Positions 29,486 to 40,091 of a stretch of DNA of 64,000 nucleotides are shown piece by piece. This DNA is from an uncultured Methanosarcinales archaeon. Lineage in GTDB: Archaea; Nanobdellota; Nanobdellia; Woesearchaeales; DSVV01. The stretch spans positions 2,089 through 66,088 of the forward strand of contig CAZKVI010000003.1 in assembly GCA_964556185.1 (NCBI GenBank), read 5' to 3'. The notes below the pieces were generated by a model. It saw nothing but the letters and a program-made list of their open reading frames with translations, was not told the DNA's origin and ran no database searches. The first letter of the stretch is position 1, and every line of letters begins with the position of its first letter. Made by a program: the position numbers and the translations under genes.

Positions 29486-30367
29486 TTATCCTTGATAAAA
29501 ACCAATTAACTGTCTTTGTCTCTTAACATGTCTTAATTTTCTTAAGGCTTTTACTTCGATTTGTCTTATTCTTTCTCTTGTTAAATCAAATACTTGACCA
29601 ATCTCTTCAAGAGAATAATGACGAGGATGATCAATTCCATATCTCATTTTCATAACTTTTTCTTCTCTGGGTGTTAATTCAGCAAGTACACTTCTAACAG
29701 CCTTTGCTAAATCAGAATCCCCTACATTTTCATCAGGTCTTCGAACACTAGCTCCTTCTATAAAATCACCTATGGTTGCATCTGATTCATCACCAACTTT
29801 TTGCTCTAATGATAATGGTTCTCTTGCAAGCCTATAAATATCTTCAATTTTTTCAACTGGTTCACCTAACCAATCTGCAATTTCTTCAGAAGTTGGTTCT
29901 CTACCAAGATCAGTAACAAGTTTTCGAGCCGTTCTTCTAACTTTAGTAACCATTTCTAATTTATAAATTGGAATTCTTATTGTTCTTACTGTAGCTTCTA
30001 TTCCTCTAATAACACTTTGTCTAATCCACCAAGAAGCATATGTAGAAAATTTATATCCTCTTCTATATTCAAATTTTTCAACAGCTCTTATTAAACCTAA
30101 ATTACCTTCTTGAATTAAATCACCAAGTGGCAAGCCTCTATATTGGTATTGTCTTGCAATACTAACAACTAGTCTTAAATTGCCTTTTATTAAATCTTCT
30201 TTAGCTGTAGCTGCTTCATAAGGAGTGCCTTCTTCCATTGTTGTAGCTAATCTAACTTCATCATCTCTAGATAATAATGCTACAGCCCCCATTTGATTCA
30301 TATACTTCCTTAGAACTCTAGGATCATCTCTATATCTTGGCCCACCTTGATAATGACTAACACCCAT
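29486..30367 (-). CDS. Bacterial-type RNA polymerase sigma-70 family factor (regions 2, 3 and 4, RpoD-like)
   Basis: [40 protein letters not shown] aligns nearly residue-for-residue with RpoD region 2.1-2.4. [14 protein letters not shown] matches region 3. [15 protein letters not shown]...[29 protein letters not shown] matches the region 4.2 HTH. GC-richer codon usage. Confidence 0.8.
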   Translation of the reverse strand: MGVSHYQGGPRYRDDPRVLRKYMNQMGAVALLSRDDEVRLATTMEEGTPYEAATAKEDLIKGNLRLVVSIARQYQYRGLPLGDLIQEGNLGLIRAVEKFEYRRGYKFSTYASWWIRQSVIRGIEATVRTIRIPIYKLEMVTKVRRTARKLVTDLGREPTSEEIADWLGEPVEKIEDIYRLAREPLSLEQKVGDESDATIGDFIEGASVRRPDENVGDSDLAKAVRSVLAELTPREEKVMKMRYGIDHPRHYSLEEIGQVFDLTRERIRQIEVKALRKLRHVKRQRQLIGFYQG

Positions 30368-30406
30368 TTCATAAGGTAATCAATAGTTACTTTTAAACCT
30401 TCCTAG

Positions 30407-31510
30407 GTGGTCTGTGTTGATTATACCCATTCTCAAGTAGTTAAAAACAGAAAGGCTTATATATGGGATAAAGTACCTTCATATATAAAGTGGGGTTTAA
30501 ATATGAGTAAAGCAAGACAGCTTATACAAAGAGCATTGGCAGCAAAAGATGATGAATTTTTTGATGGTGTTTATAGATTTAAAAGAGGAAATGTGTTTTC
30601 ACCAATCCCTATAGACACAGCTGACCATCTTGATCTTTATAGTTCTATAGTTCAGCTTTTGAGACCAAGCAGAACACCAAGAAAATCTATTGGGGCAACT
30701 CTACTTTATCTTTTCTTAGTATCTTCACAGGAGTTTTATGGTCAAGGACCTAAAAATTATACAACTTTTGGAAGAAGAGGAAGAGATCAAATGAAAGAAC
30801 AATTGGAAGCATATTGTAGTTCTATATCTGCTTTAGAAATTGTTTATCATGATAATAATACACCAGATGGAGCTAATGCAACTGTAGGTAAATTTGATGA
30901 ACATAGCACAAGACATGAATTAGAAGATTTACTAGATCTTGTTCGAACTGATGAATGGAGAGAAGGAAGAAGTTATGAAATTGTTTATGTACAATCACCA
31001 GGAGATCTTGTTAGTGAAGATGGCAGAGAAGATATTGTAGCAGGTAGTTTATCTCAAAGATTTATAGAAGGACTTAGAGTACACGAAGATTATTTTGCAA
31101 CAAATGATACATTTAGAGAAGAAGTACCTGATGAAGATTATGCACACCTTTTTGAAGGTGATGTTAGTCATAGGGAAACATATGAACTATGTGATCAATA
31201 TCTTGTAGATCACCAAGAACTTTCAGATACAACAAGAGAACATCTTGAAGGATTTAGAGCTAGAATGTTATTCATGGCATGCTCACAAGAACAAGACCCA
31301 AAGGCGGAAGCTTTCTTTGATGGATTAGTTGCCCAAGTTTTACCAGCTCTCCCAACAGAAGAGTTTTACATAAATCAACTAGCTAGAAACGTTGCACAAA
31401 CTGGCGGTGTGTTAATTCTTGAAGGATTCCAACAACAAGAAGTAGAAGGTTTCGAACTTCTCCAAGAAGATAGGAATGTTCGTTTATACACTAGAGTTGT
31501 TGAGGAATAA
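30407..31510 (+). CDS. Hypothetical acidic protein (divergent from the sigma-factor gene)
   Basis: The likely start is the internal MSKARQ at about 30503. No motif recognised. GC-richer. Confidence 0.35.
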   Translation: MVCVDYTHSQVVKNRKAYIWDKVPSYIKWGLNMSKARQLIQRALAAKDDEFFDGVYRFKRGNVFSPIPIDTADHLDLYSSIVQLLRPSRTPRKSIGATLLYLFLVSSQEFYGQGPKNYTTFGRRGRDQMKEQLEAYCSSISALEIVYHDNNTPDGANATVGKFDEHSTRHELEDLLDLVRTDEWREGRSYEIVYVQSPGDLVSEDGREDIVAGSLSQRFIEGLRVHEDYFATNDTFREEVPDEDYAHLFEGDVSHRETYELCDQYLVDHQELSDTTREHLEGFRARMLFMACSQEQDPKAEAFFDGLVAQVLPALPTEEFYINQLARNVAQTGGVLILEGFQQQEVEGFELLQEDRNVRLYTRVVEE

Positions 31511-31561
31511 CTCTAACTATTTATCAATAAACTTTAAAAGGACTTAATTTATTCCTAATTT

Positions 31562-32260
31562 ATGGATAACTCATTTATTGCTGAAGTTTTGAAATATTCT
31601 AATATGATGAATGTTGAGCAAGGTATGAATATTTATCATTTATTAAGTCAAGTACTTGCACAAGATATTCCTGGAGAAATAGTTGAACTTGGGTGTTATG
31701 AAGGTATTACAGGTGTTCTTATCCAGAAAACATTAGATCAAGCAAATAGTAAAAAAGAATTACATTTATTTGATTCTTTTGAAGGCTTACCAAAAGTCTT
31801 ACCAGAAGATGGTCTTACTACAGCAAAAGAAGGTATGTTACGAACAGCAAAAGATAGTGTTATAGCAAACTTTAACAGATTTAATTTAAAACAACCTACT
31901 ATTTTTGAAGGTTGGTTTAAAGATACTTTACCAACTAATCTACCTGATAAAATATGTTTTGCACATTTAGATGGAGATATGTATTCTTCAATAATAGAAA
32001 GTCTTAATTATATTTATCCAAAACTTTCTAAAGGTGCAATTGTTATTATTGATGATTATTATTGTCGTGAAGGCCATATGAAAATAGAAAAAAGAATGAA
32101 TGAAAATTCATACCAACAATTTCGTAATATAATAACAGAAGTCAAAGATATTCTTCCAGGTGTAAAAAAAGCATGTGATGAGTTCTTTGAAGATAAACCA
32201 GAGAAAATAATTGTTTTAATGGCAGGTTGCGAAAGACATGCATATTTTAAGAAAATGTAG
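31562..32260 (+). CDS. Class I SAM-dependent O-methyltransferase, TylF/MycF (macrocin-O-methyltransferase) family
   Basis: GEIVELGCYEGITG (SAM motif), LHLFDSFEGLP, FAHLDGDMYSS and LSKGAIVIIDDY follow the TylF pattern. Confidence 0.65.
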   Translation: MDNSFIAEVLKYSNMMNVEQGMNIYHLLSQVLAQDIPGEIVELGCYEGITGVLIQKTLDQANSKKELHLFDSFEGLPKVLPEDGLTTAKEGMLRTAKDSVIANFNRFNLKQPTIFEGWFKDTLPTNLPDKICFAHLDGDMYSSIIESLNYIYPKLSKGAIVIIDDYYCREGHMKIEKRMNENSYQQFRNIITEVKDILPGVKKACDEFFEDKPEKIIVLMAGCERHAYFKKM

Positions 32261-32295
32261 TTAAATTTATAATACATTGCTTCTAATCTAAGAAA

Positions 32296-32973
32296 ATGGA
32301 AAAACTACACAGAGTTCAGAAATTATTAAGCAACTACGGCTATTGTTCTAGACGAAAAGCTGAAACATTAATCCAAGATGGAAGAGTTAGAGTAAATAAC
32401 AAAAGAATTACAATTGGTGATAAAGCTACTGAGAAAGATAATTTATATGTAGATAATAAACTAGTAAATAAAGAAAGTAAAATATACATAATCTTCAACA
32501 AACCTGTTGGTTGTGTAACTGCAGTAAGAGACAGAGATTACAAAACAGTTATGGATTTTGTAAAAGTTAAAGAAAGAGTTTTCCCAATTGGAAGATTAGA
32601 TTTCAACACTTCTGGATTATTATTGTTAACAAATGATGGAGACTTTGCTAACAAAGTAATGCATCCAAGATATGAAGTAGAGAAAACATACATCGTAGAA
32701 ATTGACAGACAAATTAGTAAAAAAGATATGCTAAATATCCAAAGAGGAGTTAAATTAAGAGATGGATTCACTTCCCCAGCTAAACTTAGAAGAATTAACT
32801 TAGATATAATAGAAATTAAAATCCACGAGGGCAAAAACAGAGTTGTAAGAAGAATCTTCAACAAATTAGGTTATAGAATTAACTCATTAGAAAGAGTTGC
32901 AATTGGTAAACTAAGATTAGGCAAATTACAATCTAAAAAATACAAAATTCTAAAAACAGAACCAAGAATTTAA
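32296..32973 (+). CDS. Pseudouridine synthase, RsuA/RluB family, with N-terminal S4 domain
   Basis: S4 segment VQKLLSNYGYCSRRKAETLIQDGRVRVN. Catalytic motif FPIGRLDFNTSGLLLLTNDGDF with the conserved Asp. Confidence 0.8.
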   Translation: MEKLHRVQKLLSNYGYCSRRKAETLIQDGRVRVNNKRITIGDKATEKDNLYVDNKLVNKESKIYIIFNKPVGCVTAVRDRDYKTVMDFVKVKERVFPIGRLDFNTSGLLLLTNDGDFANKVMHPRYEVEKTYIVEIDRQISKKDMLNIQRGVKLRDGFTSPAKLRRINLDIIEIKIHEGKNRVVRRIFNKLGYRINSLERVAIGKLRLGKLQSKKYKILKTEPRI

Positions 32974-35222
32974 CCCCAAGAATAATCAACAACTATATGC
33001 ACTGGAACTATTGTGCCACCATACTCAAAATTTCCCATACCTGCTCCTTGTAATCTTGTTGCATCGTTATTTAATTCTGCTAAAACATCTGGATTATTTG
33101 GATAATGAGGAACAACACTAGTCTTACTTGTAGATGAATCATGGAAATATCCAAATGGATCTGGTGTTGCAATTCCCCAGAAATCACATGTTCTTGAGAA
33201 CTCAGAAGACTCCCACCAAGATAATAACCAGTCAGTACTTCCATCATAAACATTCAAATTAACTTCATAAGCAGAAGGATCATCTTCAGAAGCTTCTAAT
33301 CTTGTTGGTGCTTTACTTGAAGAAGGATATTTCTCATCAACTTCCCATGTATTATATTCAGAACCACTTACAGTACTTGAATCACTTTCCCATTGCAGAC
33401 TACATGATCTTGCGTATTCTATAAATTGGTGTTCATTATAACTATAATAAAGCATTTGATCTTTAACAACAAACTCATCATTGTCCTCGTCATAAACCAA
33501 TGTATCTCTTGACATCATATATCCTCTTTCAAACCAAGATCCTGTTCCAGGATCTCCTGATAAAGTTAATTCAGACATATCTACAGATGTACTATAACTC
33601 CATGAATAAGTTGTATAACCACTCCATTCAGGAGCACATTTACCTTCTGCATCAATATCAAATTGAGTAAATGCAATATTATCTAAATGTGAATTTGCAA
33701 CAATAACAACTGCTACATCTATTTCTTCTGTTGGTCTTGTTCTACAAAATTTTAACTTTTTCAACTCAGAAACATCTTGGTAAAACCAATGCTCTCCAAT
33801 TTTATAAACTATTTGTGTTGCAAAGTCTGGTTGAGAATCTGTAGTAATTAAACTAAAATCAAACTCAACTCTATCAATATCATCTTCAAAGAAATAATAA
33901 TAATACATTATTCCTCCTGGGTTTAAATTAACTTCTTGAGTGTATTTTTCTTTATTCTCAAATGTTTTCTTTTTCCTACTTTGTCCATATGGTTTTTTTG
34001 TTGGTTTATTATTATGATCATAATAAAACTTAAATGGTTCTGTATTGTAATTGTATAAAGCATATTGTTTAAACTCTTCATAAAAGTCTGGTCTATTTTT
34101 TATTGCATCTTTCATACCTAATAAACCTGCTTCATCTAACATTTTCTTGACGACCATTCCATCTTTTCCATATCTATGTGATAAAAACCAAGGCCATAAA
34201 TAAGAACCATATTGATGATAAGTTACATTATCAGAGTCAAAAAAATCTTTATTAAAATAAGGAAAAATATTACTATCAAAACCATGCTCTGTATTAACTT
34301 CAGGATATGTAAAATCTTCTGACCATGTTGCAGTTGATTCCCAAATCCATTCTTCTGTAGAATATGACTTCAAAGGAATATATTGTTGAAAACAATGAAA
34401 TAATTCATGTGCTGTTGATGTTTTTAATGCATCATCACTTTGTGAAGTACTAATTAAAATATGACATCTATTAGCTCCTTCATGATCATCCATATATTGT
34501 TGTCCATCATCTTCTAAGCTTTGTACTTTTACATAAATCCAATCTGTTGGTTCTTTCATTCCAAGATTTTTATATTTATTATAAGAATGTTCTAAAGCAG
34601 CTTTTACAATATCTGCTTTATCAGTTATCCAAGGATCATCATAATGCACTTGCCATTTTCCATCAATTGGATGTTCATTATCCATTGCATTTACTGAAGG
34701 TATAATAGCTACTGCATCTAAAAATTCCCTTGCTAAAGATTCATCTTCTTGATTAATTTTATACCAATAACTTTCAGGATCATCAGGATTTGTAACAAAA
34801 GGTCTTAGAATATCTTGTGTTTCCTCAGAGAAATCATCAATTCTATCATTAATCATCAATAATAAGAAAGAACTATCTCTTCTTTCTGCTCTAATTGATT
34901 TGTATTCATTTGGTAAGTTTTTATGATCAAATGCTTCCAAAACTCTTAGAATATAATACTCTTCTTCTGTAATTATTCCTTTATTATGATAAGCATCATT
35001 GATTAATGTTAGAGATAATGGTTCTTCAGGTTCCTCTGGTTCTCTTTCTTCATAAATATCTAATAACCAGTCTTCAAAATCACTTGTATCTACATTACCA
35101 CCACCAATTGAAAATCCACTATCATCACTTCCACAACCTTTGAATAACAAGAATAGAATTACTAATATTACAATACCTACAATTGCAAGAAGAATAGTTT
35201 TCCGCCCCATAGGCATTTCCAA
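32970..35222 (-). CDS. Membrane-anchored secreted protein with an HExxH zinc-metallopeptidase motif
   Basis: N-terminal signal-anchor (ILLAIVGIVILVILFLLF), a TSTAHELFHCFQQY motif, and a large Trp/Tyr-rich extracytoplasmic domain. Confidence 0.45.
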   Translation of the reverse strand: MEMPMGRKTILLAIVGIVILVILFLLFKGCGSDDSGFSIGGGNVDTSDFEDWLLDIYEEREPEEPEEPLSLTLINDAYHNKGIITEEEYYILRVLEAFDHKNLPNEYKSIRAERRDSSFLLLMINDRIDDFSEETQDILRPFVTNPDDPESYWYKINQEDESLAREFLDAVAIIPSVNAMDNEHPIDGKWQVHYDDPWITDKADIVKAALEHSYNKYKNLGMKEPTDWIYVKVQSLEDDGQQYMDDHEGANRCHILISTSQSDDALKTSTAHELFHCFQQYIPLKSYSTEEWIWESTATWSEDFTYPEVNTEHGFDSNIFPYFNKDFFDSDNVTYHQYGSYLWPWFLSHRYGKDGMVVKKMLDEAGLLGMKDAIKNRPDFYEEFKQYALYNYNTEPFKFYYDHNNKPTKKPYGQSRKKKTFENKEKYTQEVNLNPGGIMYYYYFFEDDIDRVEFDFSLITTDSQPDFATQIVYKIGEHWFYQDVSELKKLKFCRTRPTEEIDVAVVIVANSHLDNIAFTQFDIDAEGKCAPEWSGYTTYSWSYSTSVDMSELTLSGDPGTGSWFERGYMMSRDTLVYDEDNDEFVVKDQMLYYSYNEHQFIEYARSCSLQWESDSSTVSGSEYNTWEVDEKYPSSSKAPTRLEASEDDPSAYEVNLNVYDGSTDWLLSWWESSEFSRTCDFWGIATPDPFGYFHDSSTSKTSVVPHYPNNPDVLAELNNDATRLQGAGMGNFEYGGTIVPVHIVVDYSWG

Positions 35223-35294
35223 TGTCTTCTACTATTTAAATTTTAAGAAAATCTTTATAAATAACTATATTAATTAATTCCATGGGGTGATATA

Positions 35295-35828
35295 ATGAAA
35301 TACTTAGCAATAATCTTAGCAATTTCACTTTTATTTTTAGCAGCCTGTGGTGGAGATAATGATGACCAATCTGCTCTACAACAAAGAGCAGCTGAAAAAC
35401 AAGTTGAATATGCAGCAGACGCAGCTGAAGATGCTGCAGAAGAAGCAGCTCACGAAGCTTCACAAGAATTAGTAAACTTCAAATGTGTAATTGCAGACAT
35501 GCAAACAATATATTTCTACAAAGAAAAAGCCAAAATAAAATCTGATTGGAGTGAATCATGGTTAAATGATGATGGTTCTTTTGTAGTAATGGAATTAATG
35601 GGTGAAGAATATCTTGTTCAATACCCAGCAGATCAATCTGAAATGGATAGAGAAGGAATGATGACAACTTATCACACTTCTAAAACATTAGATAATATTG
35701 ATTGTGAATTAGATGTTGTCACAGAAGCAGACGTAACTCTTCCAGACTTAGAAATAGTTAGTGACGAAGAATTCCAGAACTTATTAATGGAAGATATGAT
35801 GGCTGGTTACGAAGATATGTATGAATAA
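35295..35828 (+). CDS. Acidic lipoprotein
   Basis: Signal peptide with a lipobox (LLFLAACGG), followed by a highly acidic mature part. Confidence 0.5.
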   Translation: MKYLAIILAISLLFLAACGGDNDDQSALQQRAAEKQVEYAADAAEDAAEEAAHEASQELVNFKCVIADMQTIYFYKEKAKIKSDWSESWLNDDGSFVVMELMGEEYLVQYPADQSEMDREGMMTTYHTSKTLDNIDCELDVVTEADVTLPDLEIVSDEEFQNLLMEDMMAGYEDMYE

Positions 35829-35846
35829 TTATTTCTTTTTTTCTTT

Positions 35847-36605
35847 TTATTCTTTTGCTTGTTTCCATAAAGTCTCAAAAAACTTTCTAAAACCATCAAC
35901 TGTTTCTTGATTTTTCATTAAAATTCCAATTGGTTTTTTCTGAGAAATAAACAAAAGCACATATTCATTATAAACATAAGTTTCAACTAATGTTTTTTGA
36001 TGTAAATATCTTATTTCATGTAATTTACAATTATCATAATATATATGTCTTTGTTTTCTTTTTCTCATGTCCTCATTAAAGATTATTCTAACTTTGAAAC
36101 CTCGTTTCTCAACTCTAGCTTGGTGTTTTCTCCAAAAAATATCACCAACTTCAGGTTCTTTTCCAGCACTTGCTCCAAAAACTAAACTTTCATCTCCTTT
36201 TGACATAGAATTCTCAAGAGTTAAAAAAGCAGTTTTCAATCCATCCCAACCATAAAAGACTTCAACATCAACACTTTCTTCTGTTTTTTGATACTTCAAC
36301 AATAATGTTGGTAATAATTCTTCAACTAAAGTTTCTTCTTCAATAATCTCTTTTTTCTTTTCTTGAATAAAGTCCTTTAGTCTTTTAGGATTCGCAGCAC
36401 TAAAATGAATTACTCCATTTTTCTTTACAGATGAGATAATACCTTTTTCTAATAATCTATTTGCTATTTCATAAACCTTTGAAGAAGAAATACCAGATTT
36501 CTTAACTAGTTTTGTTCTAGTACTTTCACCTAATTCTAATAAAGCATTGTATACCTTGATTTCACCTTCTGTAAGCCCTATTTTCTTTAAATCTTTGAGA
36601 TCCAT
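35847..36605 (-). CDS. TrmB-family transcriptional regulator
   Basis: The N-terminal wHTH LTEGEIKVYNALLELGESTRTKLVKKSGISSSKVYEIANRLLEKGII is TrmB-like. A leaderless BRE/TATA promoter gaaagatttatata lies about 25 nt upstream. Confidence 0.7.
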   Translation of the reverse strand: MDLKDLKKIGLTEGEIKVYNALLELGESTRTKLVKKSGISSSKVYEIANRLLEKGIISSVKKNGVIHFSAANPKRLKDFIQEKKKEIIEEETLVEELLPTLLLKYQKTEESVDVEVFYGWDGLKTAFLTLENSMSKGDESLVFGASAGKEPEVGDIFWRKHQARVEKRGFKVRIIFNEDMRKRKQRHIYYDNCKLHEIRYLHQKTLVETYVYNEYVLLFISQKKPIGILMKNQETVDGFRKFFETLWKQAKE

Positions 36606-36702
36606 ATATTTAGATTATATTAAGAATATATAAATCTTTCTATAGTTGCCCCTGAAGGGGGTGCATGAGTTTAAATACCTAATACTATTCAGTAGTAATA
36701 AA

Positions 36703-38541
36703 ATGTGCGGAATAAATGGAATAGTGGATTATAAAGCCTCAATTGATGATTCAATAGTTCATGCTATGAATGATTCATTAGCACATAGGGGTCCAGATGG
36801 TGAAGGAATTTTCACATCAAGAACCAGGAATGTCGCATTAGGGAATAGGAGATTAAGTATTGTTGATATTGACAATGGTTCACAACCTGTTGTTGTAACT
36901 CACAATGGTTATGAATTTGCAATAACTTATAATGGTGAAGTTTACAATCACAAAGAGTTAAGACACGAATTAGAAAGCAGAGGATATAAATTTAAAACAA
37001 ACTCTGATACAGAAGTTGTATTAAATGCATATGTTGAATTTGGAGAAAGATGTGTAGATAGATTTAATGGTCAATTTGCTTTTGCAATCTATGATGGAAA
37101 AAAAGATTCAGTTTATTTAGCAAGAGATAAATTTGGAATTAAACCTTTATATTATGCTAATGTTAATGGTGCACTTGTTTTTAGTTCAGAACCAAAAGGA
37201 ATTTTAACTCATCCTAATTTTAATGCTAAACCAAATTTAGAAACAATTGCAGACTTTTTTTTAACAATGGATATATTTACAGATGGCCATATTTCATTAA
37301 ATAGAACTTTTTTTGATGGAATTCATGCACTTGAACCAGGAATGTATTGTGTTGTTGATAGAAATGGTTCTGAAATACAAAGATATTGGGATGTTAATAT
37401 TCATACAGATAATCCGGATGAAATTACAGAAGAATTAATTAGAAATGCAGTCTCAATTAGAATTCCTGATGAAGTTAGAGTAGGAACTGCTTTAAGTGGT
37501 GGTTTAGATTCAAGTATTGTAACTTATTTAACATTACAACAAGGACACCAACTTCCTGCTGCAACTGTTAAATACAATGGTGTTAAGTACAATCCAGATT
37601 GGGATCATGCACAATTATTTGCAGACGAGTTTGGAGTAGAAAATCTTTGTGTAGGATTAGATGCAAACACACTACTTGATGATATTGATCCAATGATTAG
37701 AGCAATGGATGAACCACATACTTCAATAAGACAACTTGGGTTGTATGCAACTTATAGGGCTTTAAGTAATGCAGGTTGTAAAGTTGTATTGGTTGGAGAG
37801 GGTGCAGATGAATTTAACATGGGTTATTTCTGGGATTATCCTGGGTTTTTTAAAGATCATGATAAAGTCGCTAGTGCAAATTCACTAAGAACATTCATGC
37901 AAAGAAAAGTAGGATTTGTTTCAAGATATTTTACAAGAGATTTTTTAGATGGGATTAATTTTAACACAGTAATTGATTCTACAATTGAAAATTATTACAG
38001 TAGATGTAAACATCCAGATAAATTTGAAAGAATGAGATATTATTATGCTAAAAAATTCTTAAAATATAGATTGGATGCTAATGATAAGTGTGGAATGGCA
38101 CATTCAGTTGAAGCTCGTGTCCCATTTTTAGATCCGGGTGTTGTGGCTGCAGCATTAAGCATACCTTACAAAGATCATTTAAGATTTGGAAGTGAAAAAT
38201 ATCCTTTAAGACATGCATTTGAAACCCAACTTCCACAAGCAATCATTGATAGAAGAAAATATTCTTTTCCTGAGAGCCAAGATGTTAGATTTCATAAAAT
38301 GGTTGCAGATGAATTAGATAGAAATATGTATGGAATTAATAGTGAAGTTTGGGATATTTTTGATAGAAATTATGTAACAGAATTAAATACAAGATTCAGA
38401 AGAAAATTAAGTTTATTACATGGAAAAGACGCTACTGATTTAACCACTGAAACAGCAATGAATGAAGATGATGATGTCAGAATAAAACATGTATTTAGTG
38501 TATTAACATTCATGCGTTGGTTTGAGATGAATTTTGGTTAA
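36703..38541 (+). CDS. asnB: Asparagine synthetase (glutamine-hydrolysing)
   Basis: MCGINGIV gives the N-terminal nucleophile Cys2. SGGLDSS is the PP-loop. The start is chosen at the internal ATG so that Cys follows Met. Confidence 0.9.
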   Translation: MCGINGIVDYKASIDDSIVHAMNDSLAHRGPDGEGIFTSRTRNVALGNRRLSIVDIDNGSQPVVVTHNGYEFAITYNGEVYNHKELRHELESRGYKFKTNSDTEVVLNAYVEFGERCVDRFNGQFAFAIYDGKKDSVYLARDKFGIKPLYYANVNGALVFSSEPKGILTHPNFNAKPNLETIADFFLTMDIFTDGHISLNRTFFDGIHALEPGMYCVVDRNGSEIQRYWDVNIHTDNPDEITEELIRNAVSIRIPDEVRVGTALSGGLDSSIVTYLTLQQGHQLPAATVKYNGVKYNPDWDHAQLFADEFGVENLCVGLDANTLLDDIDPMIRAMDEPHTSIRQLGLYATYRALSNAGCKVVLVGEGADEFNMGYFWDYPGFFKDHDKVASANSLRTFMQRKVGFVSRYFTRDFLDGINFNTVIDSTIENYYSRCKHPDKFERMRYYYAKKFLKYRLDANDKCGMAHSVEARVPFLDPGVVAAALSIPYKDHLRFGSEKYPLRHAFETQLPQAIIDRRKYSFPESQDVRFHKMVADELDRNMYGINSEVWDIFDRNYVTELNTRFRRKLSLLHGKDATDLTTETAMNEDDDVRIKHVFSVLTFMRWFEMNFG

Positions 38542-38647
38542 TTTCCTCAGTAAACCTTAAATACTTGTTCTGTATTCTAACTAATGATAAGGGCTCTTTG
38601 AACAATAGTTTTCTATTGGCTTGATGATAAGTATTTAGAGGAATATT

Positions 38648-39094
38648 ATGCTAGACGGAAAACAAATTGCAGATGTTGTTAGAGCTTTTGAAGAAGAAGT
38701 ATTAAGCCAAATAGCTCCTGATCAAGCAGCAGATGCAGCTGCAGATCTTGATATGAGGTTACGTAGAGATTTATTAGGTGATGCAGTGTTCGGTGATATT
38801 GTTTTTAAAGATGGTTATTATTATAGCACAAGTTCCCAGTATGGCAAACAAAAAGCAGACTCAACACCAGGTCTTATCTTAAGGTATTTATTGGACCATG
38901 AAGGAGAAACTTTCTCAAAAGATGAACTCTTTCCAAACATTCCACGTGAAGACAGTACTTGTTCTGGTGCATTAACACTTGATGTTATTCCTTGGGTAAA
39001 TGAATATTCAAAAGTCTATGAAGCATTTAAAGAAGGATATGCACCTACAAAATATGGAATAAGAAGAATACAAGAAGCTCCTCAAGATACTTAA
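38648..39094 (+). CDS. Hypothetical protein
   Basis: 148 aa, GC-richer composition. Confidence 0.35.
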   Translation: MLDGKQIADVVRAFEEEVLSQIAPDQAADAAADLDMRLRRDLLGDAVFGDIVFKDGYYYSTSSQYGKQKADSTPGLILRYLLDHEGETFSKDELFPNIPREDSTCSGALTLDVIPWVNEYSKVYEAFKEGYAPTKYGIRRIQEAPQDT

Positions 39095-40077
39095 TCTTCC
39101 ATATCTTTTATTTTCTTCCAATCTTCTTCCATCTCTCGCAACAATTCAATATCAAATTTCTCAGATAACTTTTTCCTTAATTTTGCAGCACCAGGAACAC
39201 CTTTTGTGAAAAAGAATGCGTGCTGTTTTAAGTCATTGAAATCAAGATTAAACTCTTTCCATAACTTAAGATACTCTTCAAACATTTCAACTTTCGATTT
39301 CTGCTCCAAAACTTTCCCAGTCCTAAGATACTCATCAATCTGTTTAAACAAAAATGGATTTCCACATGCAGCTCTTCCAATCATTATTCCATCACAATTA
39401 GTCTGTTTCAATAATAACTCTGCACTTTTGCAATCAACAACATCTCCATTTCCAATAACTGGAATATTTAATTCATCCTTAACTTCCTTAATCACAAACC
39501 ATTTTGCTTTGCCAGAATAAGATTGCGCAACTGTTCTACCATGAATAGTTATTGCAGATGCTCCTGCCTTCTCTATCACCCTCGCAATCTTCAAACAATT
39601 ATGCTTTTTAATACCAGATCGAATTTTCGCAGTAACTGGTTTATCAGTAGAAGAAACCATTGCTTCAATAATTTCTTTAATCTTTGCAGGCCTTTTCAAT
39701 AAAGCAGAACCAGCACCTTGTTGTATAATTTTTCTAGCAGGACAACCAAAATTAAAATCAATTATATCTGCTTTTTTCTCAATAATTGAAACAGCTTTTT
39801 TAATAACATCTATTCTAGTTCCAAATAATTGCATTGCTACTGGCTTATCTCTAGCACAAGTAGCTGTCATTCTTATTGTAGCTTTATTATTCCTAGATAA
39901 GGCATTTGCATTGATCATCTCACTAACACATAATCCAGCATTATACTTATTACACATAACCCTAAAAGCCACATTTGAAACACCTGCCATAGGTGCCAAT
40001 ATAAGGTTATTCCTTAACTTTAGCTTGCCAATCTTCATATATGTGAAGAAATTCATAATATTTATAAAACCTTCCAA
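39091..40077 (-). CDS. dus: tRNA-dihydrouridine synthase (Dus family, FMN TIM barrel)
   Basis: LILAPMAGVSNVAFRVMC, DFNFGCP and a catalytic Cys context. The likely start is the internal MKIGKL. Confidence 0.85.
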   Translation of the reverse strand: MEGFINIMNFFTYMKIGKLKLRNNLILAPMAGVSNVAFRVMCNKYNAGLCVSEMINANALSRNNKATIRMTATCARDKPVAMQLFGTRIDVIKKAVSIIEKKADIIDFNFGCPARKIIQQGAGSALLKRPAKIKEIIEAMVSSTDKPVTAKIRSGIKKHNCLKIARVIEKAGASAITIHGRTVAQSYSGKAKWFVIKEVKDELNIPVIGNGDVVDCKSAELLLKQTNCDGIMIGRAACGNPFLFKQIDEYLRTGKVLEQKSKVEMFEEYLKLWKEFNLDFNDLKQHAFFFTKGVPGAAKLRKKLSEKFDIELLREMEEDWKKIKDMED

Positions 40078-40091
40078 CTTCGCAATTTTCT

